64,000 bases of DNA from Nemertoderma westbladi (taxonomy: Eukaryota; Animalia; Xenacoelomorpha): positions 1-64,000 of the forward strand of contig JAUCBJ010005574.1 in assembly GCA_032718475.1 (NCBI GenBank), read 5' to 3'. Under the pieces are notes generated by a model. The model was not told the origin of the DNA. It saw nothing but the letters and a program-made list of their open reading frames with translations, and searched no databases. This document shows, one piece after another, positions 48,972 to 62,249 of this stretch (position 1 is the stretch's first letter; every line of letters begins with the position of its first letter). The translations under genes were made by a program, and so were the position numbers.

Positions 48972-51900
48972 TATATAAATATACAGTTGATCCCTTCCAC
49001 CCACCACTTCGTTCAATTTTGACAATTCAACATTGATGTAGAAAACTTGGTAATTATTTGAAAACTCGTTGCTACCTTGTGAAATAATTTTGGTTGCCAT
49101 GGCAACAAGAAATGACACGATTGGCTGGCAAATTATGGTCTGAACATAGCAACATGTGAGGTACTTGATCCTGAATTGGTTTCTTTTTAAAATGATAGTA
49201 ACCATATTTAAACTGAAGAAACATTATAGGTGATATTATTTTCTTATTACCTAGGTTACAGGACAGCTGCTTTTCCACTTCAATGCCGAATCTAGAAAAA
49301 AACATTTATGGTTAAGGATAATATAATTACAGAGTTTCCTAATTTTGGAACTTTGGGAACACGCAATACGGATACGTTTCCGAAATTTCATAAATTCACT
49401 GTGCAATTAAGTTTGACGATGTATTTCTTACAGTTGTCATGGTAACTGGGTTTCAAAAAGTGCCCCATCGGATTCTCCGATAGTGATTTGGGTGGGGTAG
49501 GTCAAGGTTAGAATTCCATAGGATTATAGGTAAGGGGTGATTTATGTATGAATTTCTGTTGCCATGGTAAAATGCTCTTTTTATCCAAGTTCCAACAACC
49601 CGACTTGGGCAGATTTTGGATATGTTGATAAGCATAAAATTTGGGCCTAGAGAATATTAAATTAAATTCTGTTGCAATTTGTCCGAGGTTGAGCCATTTT
49701 TGACTGGACTAGATGGAGATATTTAACATACGTTGTTATCTCATCAATTTAATTATTATGAGATTTGCATTTACAATTTCCATTACTGCATTATCTATTA
49801 TGAAATGAAATATTTAATTTAATAAGATTAAAAACTTTCACAATAAATGCACCAAACCTTATCCCACAACCAGCTGACGTAACCTTGGTGACAAACATAA
49901 AATGGTGTTTATAAACAATAAACATAAAAACCATTTTCCAAAATTACAGAACTGGGCCTAGCAGACTAGTGGAGTTACGTAATCGCCTACTGGTACTGCG
50001 ATGTGTCGGTGTCCGAGTTGGCCACCATAATGGACGATTCAGCAACTAACGCGCAACGCGCAGACACATTAAGCCAGCGCGAAGGAGTGCGAAGCTCAAT
50101 TCCTGTGCCCGTCTGAACCAGCGAATCAGTGTAATTACTGCAGTATCAAATAATTAATTTAAATCTTCCGGAAATACGTTATTCCCACCACCAAAAATGA
50201 AGAATACTGAACCTTACTATATACAGTATATTACGGTACTGTATATATTACTGTATATATAATTTAGTTTCAAATGCTCTGATAAATAATAATTAATAAA
50301 TATTCTAGAATAGAGTAAAAAAAACATTAGAATTATATTGATTTATATCTAAAAATATATACCATAGCATTTTGATAATATCTGTGTAATTTTTGGATGA
50401 AAGTTGTTTTTCAGAGTCGGAATCTGTAGATGAAGGCTGTTTTAGAGAAATCTAGATTACTGTACATTCAAAAGAATAAAGATAAAGCAAACTGACATGT
50501 TGAATATTGTTAAATATATAATTGTTAATGGCTAGTTGTACTTAAATAAAAAATAAAAAATCCGGCCCTGCCTATGAACTGTCTGAACTATCTTTTTGCC
50601 AAGTTTTGTAATGTTGCTTGAAATTTGAAAATTAGTGGGCTCCGACGTGCTAAATGTTGTATGTTGTATGAATGTTGTATTAAGGGAGATGAAATGTATT
50701 CATATAACATAACATTAGAAAATGCCGCAGTTATTAGCTCACCAATATTATACATGTGAATATATAATCTGTCTAACCAACAGCAGTTTCGCTTAACCAA
50801 ACAAATATCAAACATAAGTCATTATTACATTACAAATAATGAAATCCGTGCAACTGTATTGCTTCACACTGTATTAAAGAAAAATAGAACAAAAAAGTCA
50901 TTTTATAGAACTTGGACTACATGAAAAACCACTTAAAATTAGCTATTGTTAAATTGATAAATTTTTAATAAAACCATCATCAACAACGAGGAACTATTAC
51001 GATGCATTTTATTGTTGTATGCCCGTTATCATTGATGACTGAATGAATATGAATGAATGGGCATGAATAAATGTCGAATTTATTATTATAATTGTGCAAT
51101 TAAGAAAAAAATAGCAATCTAGCATCAATCAATCAATCTGACATATTTTTGAATGTTCGTTTTACCATTTTCCCTTATTGTTCAAAATAATATTATATTG
51201 TTCAAATTAAACTGATAGCCATATTATAATGGCAATATATGTGAGGTTTGATCAAGAAATCGACCTACCGTTGCAAAATATTATTTCACAGAATTAGAGG
51301 TTGAAGTCAAAATAATTAGTACATTTGGTTTTAAAAAATCGAATTTTATTTTATTACTTTTTCTAGAACATAATTTTTTGGTAAATCTGAAACTGTAAAC
51401 GAAATTTTCATATCTATTTTAGTTTTGGAGTTATTTGATTTTTTGTAGACCTCACTCATATTGAAATTATTATAAATAAGTGGCCTATTTTTTGTAAGAT
51501 AGCTAATACTTTTTCAAAATACTATAATTGTATTTGTCCTACAGGATAATTTTTGCTATGAGTTTTCCAGTTCAGTGATTTCATTTCAATCGTTACTTTC
51601 CACGGCTGACGGATTATAGACTGTCGATCAGTCTGTCTGTCTGTCTGTGTGTCGGTTTATCTGTCAGTCAAAAATTAGGGAAACATGATATCTAACAAAA
51701 TGTTTTGGTTTGGGGATTTTCTTGGAAGGCGATTCCATTTCCAATGTCGATTTATAGGTTTGACGCGATCCTGAATCTAGGAATTCCTGTTAGTCAGTCT
51801 GACTGACTGTGTGTCGGTTTGTCTTTCAAAAATTATGGAAACATGATTTCTAACAAAATGTTTTGTTTTTGGGTGAAATGAAATTACCGACCAAGAAAAC

Positions 51901-52182
51901 CCAATAATTGTTTGTTAATTTGAGACATTTCTCAATTTTGACAGACAAACAGACAGACAGACCGACAGACAGAGGTACAAACATTAAATAATCAATTTTT
52001 ACCTTATGACAGACAAACAGACAGACAGACCGACAGACAGAGGTACAAACATTAAATAATCAATTTTCACCTTATATTTACCACTGTTTGGCTTCTCTGT
52101 GTTACAAATATGACATGTTTGATTTGCCAAAAACCACATAAAACATTAAGAGTAAAATAGTGTTAATATATATTCATAGGAC

Positions 52183-53649
52183 TCATAGTTCCGTATGTTT
52201 ATGTTTAATGGTTCCCAGGTCGATATACTTATGAAGCATTTCAACATATGTTTTTTCACTACCATCTAATTTTTCTTTTGAATATTTATAATCATCATTA
52301 GTATATTCTCTTGGAGCAACAGCGATTTCATAGATAATATCTTTACTATCTCCATATAATGACAGAGTATCATCTTGTGGGATATTCAAGGTATATGTAA
52401 GCCTATTCACCTTGTCTTCTAATGCTGCTAGAATATACCAGCTTAGAAGTTCCTCGTTTTCCTCAATATCTCGATACGCTATCATAAATACCCAGTTCCT
52501 TTTCCTAAAGGATCCCAAATTTTGTTCTTTTTCATGTCTTGCTAGGCGGATGTGTCGAGCCCAATTTGCCACTCTTGAGTCAGACACATCAAACAGCAGA
52601 TCACTAGTAAGTTTCCATGGCACCCATTCTTCATACTCCTCAGGACTGTATTCAATTTCTCCAAAAACTGCACCATCCACACGAAATATCGTCCCTGCAG
52701 AAATCTTCCTTGTTGCAAAGACCCCAGTAACATTAGAGTCGACTGTAGAATTCCTTAACTCTGTTCCACTTGGCAATGTTTTTAAAACTCTGTCCTCGGT
52801 ACCCATTGGAAACGCATCTCCTTCCAACCAATAGATGCTGTTCAACTTGATGGTTTTGAACTTCTTGTTGACGATTTCATGAATATATCCACGTGGGTTG
52901 ATAAGTTTTGGAGCGAAGTCAGCATAAACCTTTGTGGGGGCAATGGGTGGCCGGTCTGAATGACATTCAACATTAAAGCCATTCTCCTCATCAGCTAAAC
53001 AGTTGTTACTCTGGATTGCTAGCAAATGTTTATCCAATATAACATAAGTTGTGTAGTTTTCTATTGAAGGTAAATTAAAATTATAGAATAAAGCGTAGCC
53101 AATACCATACCAAATCTTCAACTTATCACCAGCTCTAATTGGTTTATAGGCCAGATAGTAAATTCGATTGTTATCGAAAACAGATATAAGATTTTGCTCT
53201 TGTTCAAAATTAGCTGAGTTCACATAACGGCACCAGTTGCTTGTTTCTGGATCTACTGCGTTCAGTGTTAGACGGTTTTCTTCTCCAGGTAAGACATTAA
53301 AGAAATCCCACTCCCAGCGGGGGTCTGTGGCAACAGATGGTGGATTGCTACCCATTTCGTATAGAATTCCATCGAATTCAACAAAAGTTCCTTTATCTAA
53401 ATCTATTTTAGCAAAGACACCAAGACCACTGTTTGGTATCATGGATTTCTTTAGTACCAACTGATCTGGTAGAGTTAATTTGTCTCTATTTTCCACACCT
53501 ATCTCGACAGTCTTGTCTGGTAGGAATGTTAACTTTGGTATTATTATGCTTGTGATGCTTCCGTTAACAAATATTAAGAGAATATGCAACACGGCTTTTA
53601 TCATTTTAACTATTATCAAAATGTATCTACTGTATACCAACACAACCAT
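52183..53649 (-). CDS. Signal-peptide-bearing tandem PR/SET-domain protein with C-terminal HTEL (copy 2)
   Basis: Paralogue of 38801-40273. MIKAVLHILLIFVNGSITS (ATG at 53604); the same two PR/SET domains; ends KHKHTEL*. Intronless and intact. Confidence 0.9.
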   Translation of the reverse strand: MVVLVYSRYILIIVKMIKAVLHILLIFVNGSITSIIIPKLTFLPDKTVEIGVENRDKLTLPDQLVLKKSMIPNSGLGVFAKIDLDKGTFVEFDGILYEMGSNPPSVATDPRWEWDFFNVLPGEENRLTLNAVDPETSNWCRYVNSANFEQEQNLISVFDNNRIYYLAYKPIRAGDKLKIWYGIGYALFYNFNLPSIENYTTYVILDKHLLAIQSNNCLADEENGFNVECHSDRPPIAPTKVYADFAPKLINPRGYIHEIVNKKFKTIKLNSIYWLEGDAFPMGTEDRVLKTLPSGTELRNSTVDSNVTGVFATRKISAGTIFRVDGAVFGEIEYSPEEYEEWVPWKLTSDLLFDVSDSRVANWARHIRLARHEKEQNLGSFRKRNWVFMIAYRDIEENEELLSWYILAALEDKVNRLTYTLNIPQDDTLSLYGDSKDIIYEIAVAPREYTNDDYKYSKEKLDGSEKTYVEMLHKYIDLGTIKHKHTEL

Positions 53650-54279
53650 TACTTAAATGTGAACTTCGAATTTTAACTTTGTTAAATGTGAAGTTCGGAA
53701 TAATTTTTTGTAAATTTTGGAACAATTTTGTAAGCAACAAATTTATTTCAGGTCACAGAACTTACGACAAACAATATTAAAATGGATTATATACGCGATA
53801 CTTATATACATCGATTATATATTTACTAGAGACGAGCCTAGCGGCCCGTGAAGCAAGTCGTAGGAGACAGTACGAATCAAGTAAACGCTTTTTGTTCTGT
53901 CTGATAATCAATTAGTGTGAGGGTAGTCCCGGTGTTGTACGAAAAATTTTCAAGACAACTTCAAACTATAATTATTATGTTGTAATCATCTAATGAATTA
54001 TAAAATTTGTTGTGATTATAGAAGATAGAGAGCAGTTAGCGAAATGATTATTTTATTCTATCGGATAGAGTAGTCAGAGAGGAGTCGAGATGTCAATTTA
54101 TTAATAATAATAATAGCAGTTGTCATGAATTCAATACAATCGCGCACAAGAAGTGATAAGACAAATTCGTTCTTATTTTTGTAATAAATAAAACAAGTTG
54201 AGATGTTTCAATGTAAACCGCGATTAAAAAATTTATACTGTTCAATGTAAACCACGATATTATTATTATAACAGATTTT

Positions 54280-54770
54280 TATATTTCAAACTATAATGTT
54301 AGCCTTATGGACTTATGGAGAATCATTATGAGGCTGAGTAAACATTCAGCCTTATAAGCATACAGCCTCCACTTAATGTTGGCACAAAGATTTCAAAATA
54401 AAACAATAATGCGATGAGATCATAGTACAATACACTGTGTAGCCAACACACTGTTTAACTAACAGTCATTTACTGTAGCTTGCACGCCAATTAATTAACA
54501 TTTTCTTACATAATATAGGCTTAGTTATGTGCAGTAAACTACAACCGGTATCATTTAGTGTAAATGGGTAGGATTAGGGTAGGGTTGTGAAACACACATG
54601 TGTGTTGAGCAGTTTATTATGTTTGATTTTTGTTTTTGTTTATTTTATATTTTAAGTTTGTTTGATTTTGATGGCCCCAGTGGCTTTGTACTAATTTTGG
54701 GCCAAATGTCCTGATTCTATATATTTTTTTGTAGTTTGTGGGGTGTAAGTCTCTGATAAAACCTTTGCTA
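54280..54770 (+). mobile_element. Decayed LINE 3' remnant
   Basis: The 3' part TGATGGCCCCAGTGGC...TTTTGGGC...CTGATTCTAT...GTAAGTCTC is homologous to the reverse complement of the 378-bp repeat. Confidence 0.4.
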
Positions 54771-55270
54771 TAGGAATTAATTAACATAGCAAGGATGCAT
54801 TGGGATGAGTTATTCAGCTGACTACAAATCTAAACTTGATAATGTTAAGTTCATGATAACATTTTTATTCTGAAAATATAAAAGCACATGCCATTGAAAA
54901 TATTATTATTCTTACTATGTTTTCTAAGTAGAAATCCTTATGCATCAATGATTGTGAGGCTTCATATGAAACCACTTTTAGGATTCATCATATTATATAC
55001 TTATTACTGAAGTGGAGCACGACTCCGTTACATATTAAGCTCTACTGTATAAAAGTTTTAAGTAATAGTATAAGGGAAATACTTCAAACAAGTCGCATAC
55101 ACCGAAAATTAAAATATTCTTCTGAATCGGTAAAAGTAACATGTTGATATTTTTATACTTAAGTATAAAAGTTTAAGTACAGCCATATAGTATGTGGGGC
55201 GAGCCACGAAGTTGGCGGAGCCTTAGCGAATTGACACTGTTAGGGGGTGGGTCAATTTATGCAAATAGTT

Positions 55271-56420
<1,150 letters not shown>

Positions 56421-57120
56421 TTTGTTGAAAATCAGTTCAACAGTCACCCGCTATAGGACTACTTTATGCCTGAAAGTGAATAGATTCTCCCGTCTCATTG
56501 ATTTTAATCAGTTTAAGCTGAATCTTGCCATATATTCTGGACCACATGCTGCGTCTTTGTGGGGGGGGGGGGGGGGGGGGGGGAGATTTAATCGGTCTGC
56601 CGCTATACGACGAAATTTCTGAAAGTGAGATCCGTCTCTCATTTCGTTATCCGTTATTCAAGATGAAACTTGGCCGATGTACGTATGTACTATTCATCCA
56701 TAGGCTGTGTCTTTGTGGGGCTGGAGACCCTAATCCATCTTCAGTTCTCACTATACCGCTAGAGTCAGAAATGTCTGAATAGAAATGAAAGAGGTAAAAA
56801 GTGATTAGGCGAAATCTGCTTAAAATTTGCTAATACAGTAATACTTTCGAATTAGTACTTAAATTAAATTTAAGTCACGTGCTGCGCGAAGGCCCCACTT
56901 CGTGTAGGTACTGTATATAGGGAAAATACTTAGTCTCAAGTATCAATTATTAAAACTTTTTTATTATCATATTTATTCATTTTTTGATGGCGTCATAATT
57001 AACTTGTAAGTAAAACTAACAATAGCTACCGGTAGCCTGTCGTCTGTCATATGTTGCATACTGCCACCACCAAGTGGTGAGAGTTCGTTCCCCTTTTTTT
57101 GGAAATAGTAACCTACTGTT

Positions 57121-57755
57121 GGCTGTGGAGCGAGCCACGAAGTGAGCGAAGCCTTAGTATATGGGTACAATTAAGGAGTTGTCTGTCGTCGTCGTATGTC
57201 GTCGTCGTCGTCGTCTGTTGTCGTAAATTTTTGATCGCTAATAACTCGGTTATTCCTTGATGAAATTACACGAAACTTGGTACGTCTGTAGTCCGGCATA
57301 AGTTTAGAAAGAATCTCAAGTTTGGTCAAAAACGAACGAACGCAACGAGTTTACAGTGGGTACGAGTATCCATCTGCCATAAATCAGCAGTTACTCTCAC
57401 AGTTTCGAGACTTTGCACAGTTATAAAGGTTGTTAGTCTCCGTTTAGGGAAATTATTTTAAGACTAAACAGCACGAGCGCAACGAGGCTAATGAAGGAGA
57501 AGAGTATTGTAAAACTAAAAATGCCATACTTAACTTAAATAGCCCTAGTTAGAAGGTTTACAAATGACAATTAAAGTGTATAAGGGCAAACTAAAATGGA
57601 TCTATATTTTTACAACGAGTTTATCACAAACTGATAGCATCGCCTTCGCTCATATATATTTTAGGAAAGACAGTTTTCGCATATCTAATAGAGATGATTA
57701 TAATGTACTTTATAATTTAGGCTCTCGTGTTGCGCGAAGGCCCCACGAACGTGTC
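57121..57755 (+). mobile_element. HINE-like element, second member
   Basis: TGTGGAGCGAGCCACGAAG...GCCTTAG, a short (GTC)n, and 3' GCGCGAAGGCCCCACGAACGTG. Confidence 0.65.
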
Positions 57756-57969
57756 CTATGTGGCATACTGCCACCACCAAGTGGTGGGAGTTAGTTCCTC
57801 TATTTTTGGAAATAGTAACCTACCGTTTTTCATTGAAATATGTTAGAAATCGAGGTTATTAAATAGTGTCATGCAACAAATAACAACAATAATTATATAA
57901 TATTATTTAATTAATCTAGCTGGTCTAGAATAATAGCTTACCTGTAGGTAGGTAGGTACATACAGTATG

Positions 57970-60247
57970 TACAACAGTGCTAGAAACTAAAAGATAACGT
58001 TTCCTGCTTACAACAGTGCTAGAAACTAAAAGATATCGCTTTCCTGCTTACAACAGTGCTAGAAACTAAAAGATATCGCTTTCCTGCTTACAACAGTGCT
58101 AGAAACTAAAAGATATCGCTTTCCTGCTTACAACAGTGCTAGAAACTAAAAGATATCGCTTTCCTGCTTACAACAGTGCTAGAAACTAAAAGATATCGCT
58201 TTCCTGCTTACAACAGTGCTAGAAACTAAAAGATATCGCTTTCCTGCTTACAAAAGTGCTAGAAACTAAAAGATATCGCTTTCCTGCTTACAAAAGTGTT
58301 AGAAACTAAAAGATATCGCTTTCCTGCTTACAAAAGTGCTAGAAACTAAAAGATATCGCTTTCCTGCTTACAAAAGTGCTAGAAACTAAAAGATATCGCT
58401 TTCCTGCTTACAACAGTGCTAGAAACTAAAAGATATCGCTTTCCTGCTAGAAACTAAAAGATATCGCTTTCCTGCTTACAAAAGTGCTAGAAACTAAAAG
58501 ATATCGCTTTCCTGCTTACAAAAGTGTTAGAAACTAAAAGATATCGCTTTCCTGCTTACAAAAGTGCTAGAAACTAAAAGATATCGCTTTCCTGCTTACA
58601 AAAGTGCTAGAAACTAAAAGATATCGCTTTCCTGCTTACAACAGTGCTAGAAACTAAAAGATGTCGCTTTCCTGCTAACAACAGTGCTAGAAACTAAAAG
58701 ATATCGCTTTCCTGCTAGAAACTAAAAGATATCGCTTTCCTGCTTACAACAGAGCTAGAAACTAAAAGATATCGCTTTCCTGCTAGAAACTAAAAGATAT
58801 CGCTTTCCTGCTTACAACAGTGCTAGAAACTAAAAGATATCGCTTTCCTGCTTACAAAAGTGCTAGAAACTAAAAGATATCGCGTTCCTGCTTACAACAG
58901 TGCTAGAAACTAAAAGATATCGCTTTCCTGCTTACAACAGTGCTAGAAACTAAAAGATATCGCTTTCCTGCTTACAACAGTGCTAGAAACTAAACGATAT
59001 CGCTTTCCTGCTTACAACAGTGCTAGAAACTAAAAGATATCGCTTTCCTGCTTACACAGTGCTAGAAACTAAAACATATCGCTTTCCTGCTTATAACAGT
59101 GCTAGAAACTAAAAGATATCGCTTTCCTGCTAGAAACTAAAAGATGTCGCTTTCCTGCTAACAACAGTGCTAGAAACTAAAAGATATCGCGTTCCTGCTT
59201 ACAACAGTGCTAGAAACTAAAAGATATCGCTTTCCTGCTTACAACAGTGCTAGAAACTAAAACATATCGCTTTCCTGCTTACAACAGTGCTAGAAACTAA
59301 AAGATATCGCTTTCCTGCTTACAACAGTGCTAGAAACTAAAAGATATCGCTTTCCTGCTTACAAAAGTGCTAGAAACTAAATGATATCGTTTCCTGCTTA
59401 CAACAGTGCTAGAAACTAAAAGATATCGCTTTCCTGCTTACAACAGTGCTAGAAACTAAAAGATATCGCTTTCCTGCTAGAAACTAAAAGATATCGCTTT
59501 CCTGCTTACAACAGTGCTAGAAACTAAAAGATATCGCTTTCCTGCTTACAACAGTGCTAGAAACTAAACGATATCGCTTTCCTGCTTACAACAGTGCTAG
59601 AAACTAAAAGATATCGCTTTCCTGCTAGAAACTAAAAGATGTCGCTTTCCTGCTAACAACAGTGCTAGAAACTAAAAGATATCGCTTTCCTGCTAGAAAC
59701 TAAAAGATATCGCTTTCCTGCTTACAACAGAGCTAGAAACTAAAAGATATCGCTTTCCTGCTAGAAACTAAAAGATATCGCTTTCCTGCTTACAACAGTG
59801 CTAGAAACTAAAAGATATCGCTTTCCTGCTAGAAACTAAAAGATATCGCTTTCCTGCTAGAAACTAAAAGATATCGCTTTCCTGCTTACAACAGTGCTAG
59901 AAACTAAAAGATATCGCTTTCCTGCTTACAACAGTGCTAGAAACTAAAAGATATCGCTTTCCTGCTTACACAGTGCTAGAAACTAAAATATATCGCTTTC
60001 CGCCTAGAAACTAAAAGATGTCGCTTTCCTGCTTATAACAGTGCTAGAAACTAAAAGATATCGCTTTCCTGCTAGAAACTAAAAGATATCGCTTTCCTGC
60101 TTACAACAGTGCTAGAAACTAAAAGATATCGCTTTCCTGCTAGAAACTAAAAGATATCGCTTTCCTGCTTACAACAGTGCTAGAAACTAAAAGATATCGC
60201 TTTCCTGCTTACAACAGTGCTAGAAACTCAAAGTATCGCTTTCCTGC
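57970..60247. repeat. 40-bp tandem satellite with 28-bp deletion monomers
   Basis: Unit ACAACAGTGCTAGAAACTAAAAGATATCGCTTTCCTGCTT. No unique spacers. Confidence 0.98.
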
Positions 60248-61710
60248 TCAGCTCTTGAGAAAGTGTGAGGTGAAACCTACTGATTATTTGACTACCATCA
60301 ACTGATCACTGATATTAATGTCTAGCACTGTACTTTGTGGTACATCTACCGATAGGCCTAAGGTTGTTTTACTTGGGGAGGTGTCCACTTCGTAATGTCC
60401 TTAATGATTTAAGTTAAAATTTGAGAATTTTTCGGTACCATTATCTCTTTAACAAAAAATAGTTATGGCCCGAAAATTGGGTTACTGAATCAGAATTTCA
60501 TGGGGAACATAATGGAATTTTTGGTTTTCGAAAAGTTGGCTTCATGGTTGCCCATGACATGGGTGCAAAATGGGCACGAAAAATGAAAATTTTCAATTTT
60601 TCTGTTTTTTTTTTCATTAAAAGCCATTTTAAAAAACAATCCAAGGATTTTTATAAAAAACCGGAACTGTCATCGGATTCCTTATAAAAAACTGTCGCAT
60701 ATGACAAATTTTTGAACGGTTCCATGAATTCCCATACCAGAAATTGGTACCGAAAATTTGGTAAGGCACCAAATTATAGTTTTTGGAGAAATTCAAGTTT
60801 AACCCTTTCAGTACCAAGTGTCATTCAGATCCCACTAGAAACTGTAAAATTTAACAAAAAATGTCCGTCAGTCAGTTTGTCTTTCAAAATATATGGAGGC
60901 ACGTCACATAACTAAAATTTTGGATATGGGGGTATTTCTGTACGCTGACTTCAAATCTGATGTCAATTTTGACGTTTGACGTTATCCAGACACTTTGTCC
61001 GTCTGACTGTTTGTCCGTCAATATGTCTGTCAAAATATAAGGAGGCACATCACATAACTAAAAATTTGGAAATGGGGGTTTTCCTGGCCGCAGACATCAA
61101 ATCTGATGTCAGTTTTGACGTTTGAAGGAATCCTGACACTCTGTCCGTCTGTCTGTTTGTCCGTCAATACTTATTAAAAAATCCCTAATTTAGAGGCTCT
61201 TTTTTAATATAAACCTTATTTTTATTTGCCAAAATTTATATGTTCTTATCAATATTTTGATTTAAAATTTTTACGGTGTTTAGAGGAGTTGTAGGAGGTC
61301 AGATTTCTGTAAAAAAAATTTCGATTTTTTGACTCCAATGAAGTGGAACACCTCACCTTAACTTGTTCAATTCATTAACGAAAACTGTAATTATTTACTT
61401 TTTTTTTTTTTGATTCAAGAATTTATTTAACTTATTATTACAATTAATTATTAAGTGAACTATAAAGACCTCCCATAAACTCGATTCGCATTATTCCAGC
61501 TTACTTAAAATAAGTAGGCCTACTTTCATTGCCTAATTATGATTCATACTTTATTATATATTTGTGAAATTAAATTCTGTTTATATAAATAATACTAAAT
61601 ATAAGTTTTGTAAATTCTGTGTCCCGGGAATAAATTATGAATTTAATTTTTATTAATTTAATATTCTAAAAATGAATTAAGTTAAATTGATCTACATCCA
61701 TTTTAATATA

Positions 61711-61919
61711 ATAAGTTTAATTTTAAACGGGACAACGGATGATATGAAAATAAGGATTACTATATTACGAAATCCTTGCGGATTCCTTCGTTGGGTATGT
61801 AATATTCATATAATAGTTAAAACGCAGCAACAAAGTGAAGAAACTTTCAAATAATATAGTAATGTAGTAATCCAACTTATTTTCATATCATCCGTTTTCC
61901 CGTTTAAACTTAAACTTAT
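61711..61919. mobile_element. MITE-like inverted repeat (about 55-60-bp arms)
   Basis: ATAAGTTTAA.TTTAAACGGGA.AACGGATGATATGAAAATAAG at 61711 vs its reverse complement ending at 61919. Confidence 0.65.
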
Positions 61920-62249
61920 GAATTAAGTTATTTATTTGCAATGCAGAAATAAATACTAATAATTATGAACATAAACAAATATTTCTGGCTGGATTGCATT
62001 ATATTTCTGTACTTATCGGATCCATACTAAAATACCCCACATAGAGGACATGTGCCACCATCTGCAGTATGAATTCAGTATACTTGATTTCCTGAATTTA
62101 TATGCGCATTGCGGTAACATATGGAGCTGCTTCTGATATCAGACATTCATTAATTGTACCAGACCAGAATCTATTGGGACTAATTACATCATGAATGACT
62201 GGACTACCGATCACTGTATTATAATGCATTCGACTTTATTTCTATGAAA

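Larger units (their letters stand above)
43697..49711 (+). mobile_element. AcademX-type DNA transposon (internally deleted), long TIRs, 3-bp TSD GAT
   Basis: Termini TAGTCCAGTC...GACTGGACTA. About 590-bp TIRs (43697-44290 vs 49120-49711). GAT at 43694-43696 and 49712-49714. Internal XPG-like and Cys-rich remnant. Confidence 0.82.
43066..50594. mobile_element. Old non-autonomous element with long imperfect TIRs (Kolobok-like ends), host of the Academ insertion
   Basis: AAGATAGTTCA at 43066 vs TGAACTATCTT ending 50594. Inverted homology between about 43090-43300 and 50370-50570 (e.g. CTTCATCTGCAGATTCCGATTCTGAAAA vs TTTTCAGAGTCGGAATCTGTAGATGAAG). Confidence 0.55.

Noticed and set aside
57970-60247. 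CRISPR-like array (28-40-bp periodic repeats)
   Set aside because: Monomers are directly adjacent with no unique spacers, there are no cas genes, and the context is eukaryotic.
60360-61362. Kolobok-like element (GAGGTGTCCACTTC ... GAAGTGGAACACCTCACCTTAA)
   Set aside because: The left end is too degenerate and the interior is interrupted, so boundaries are not supportable.
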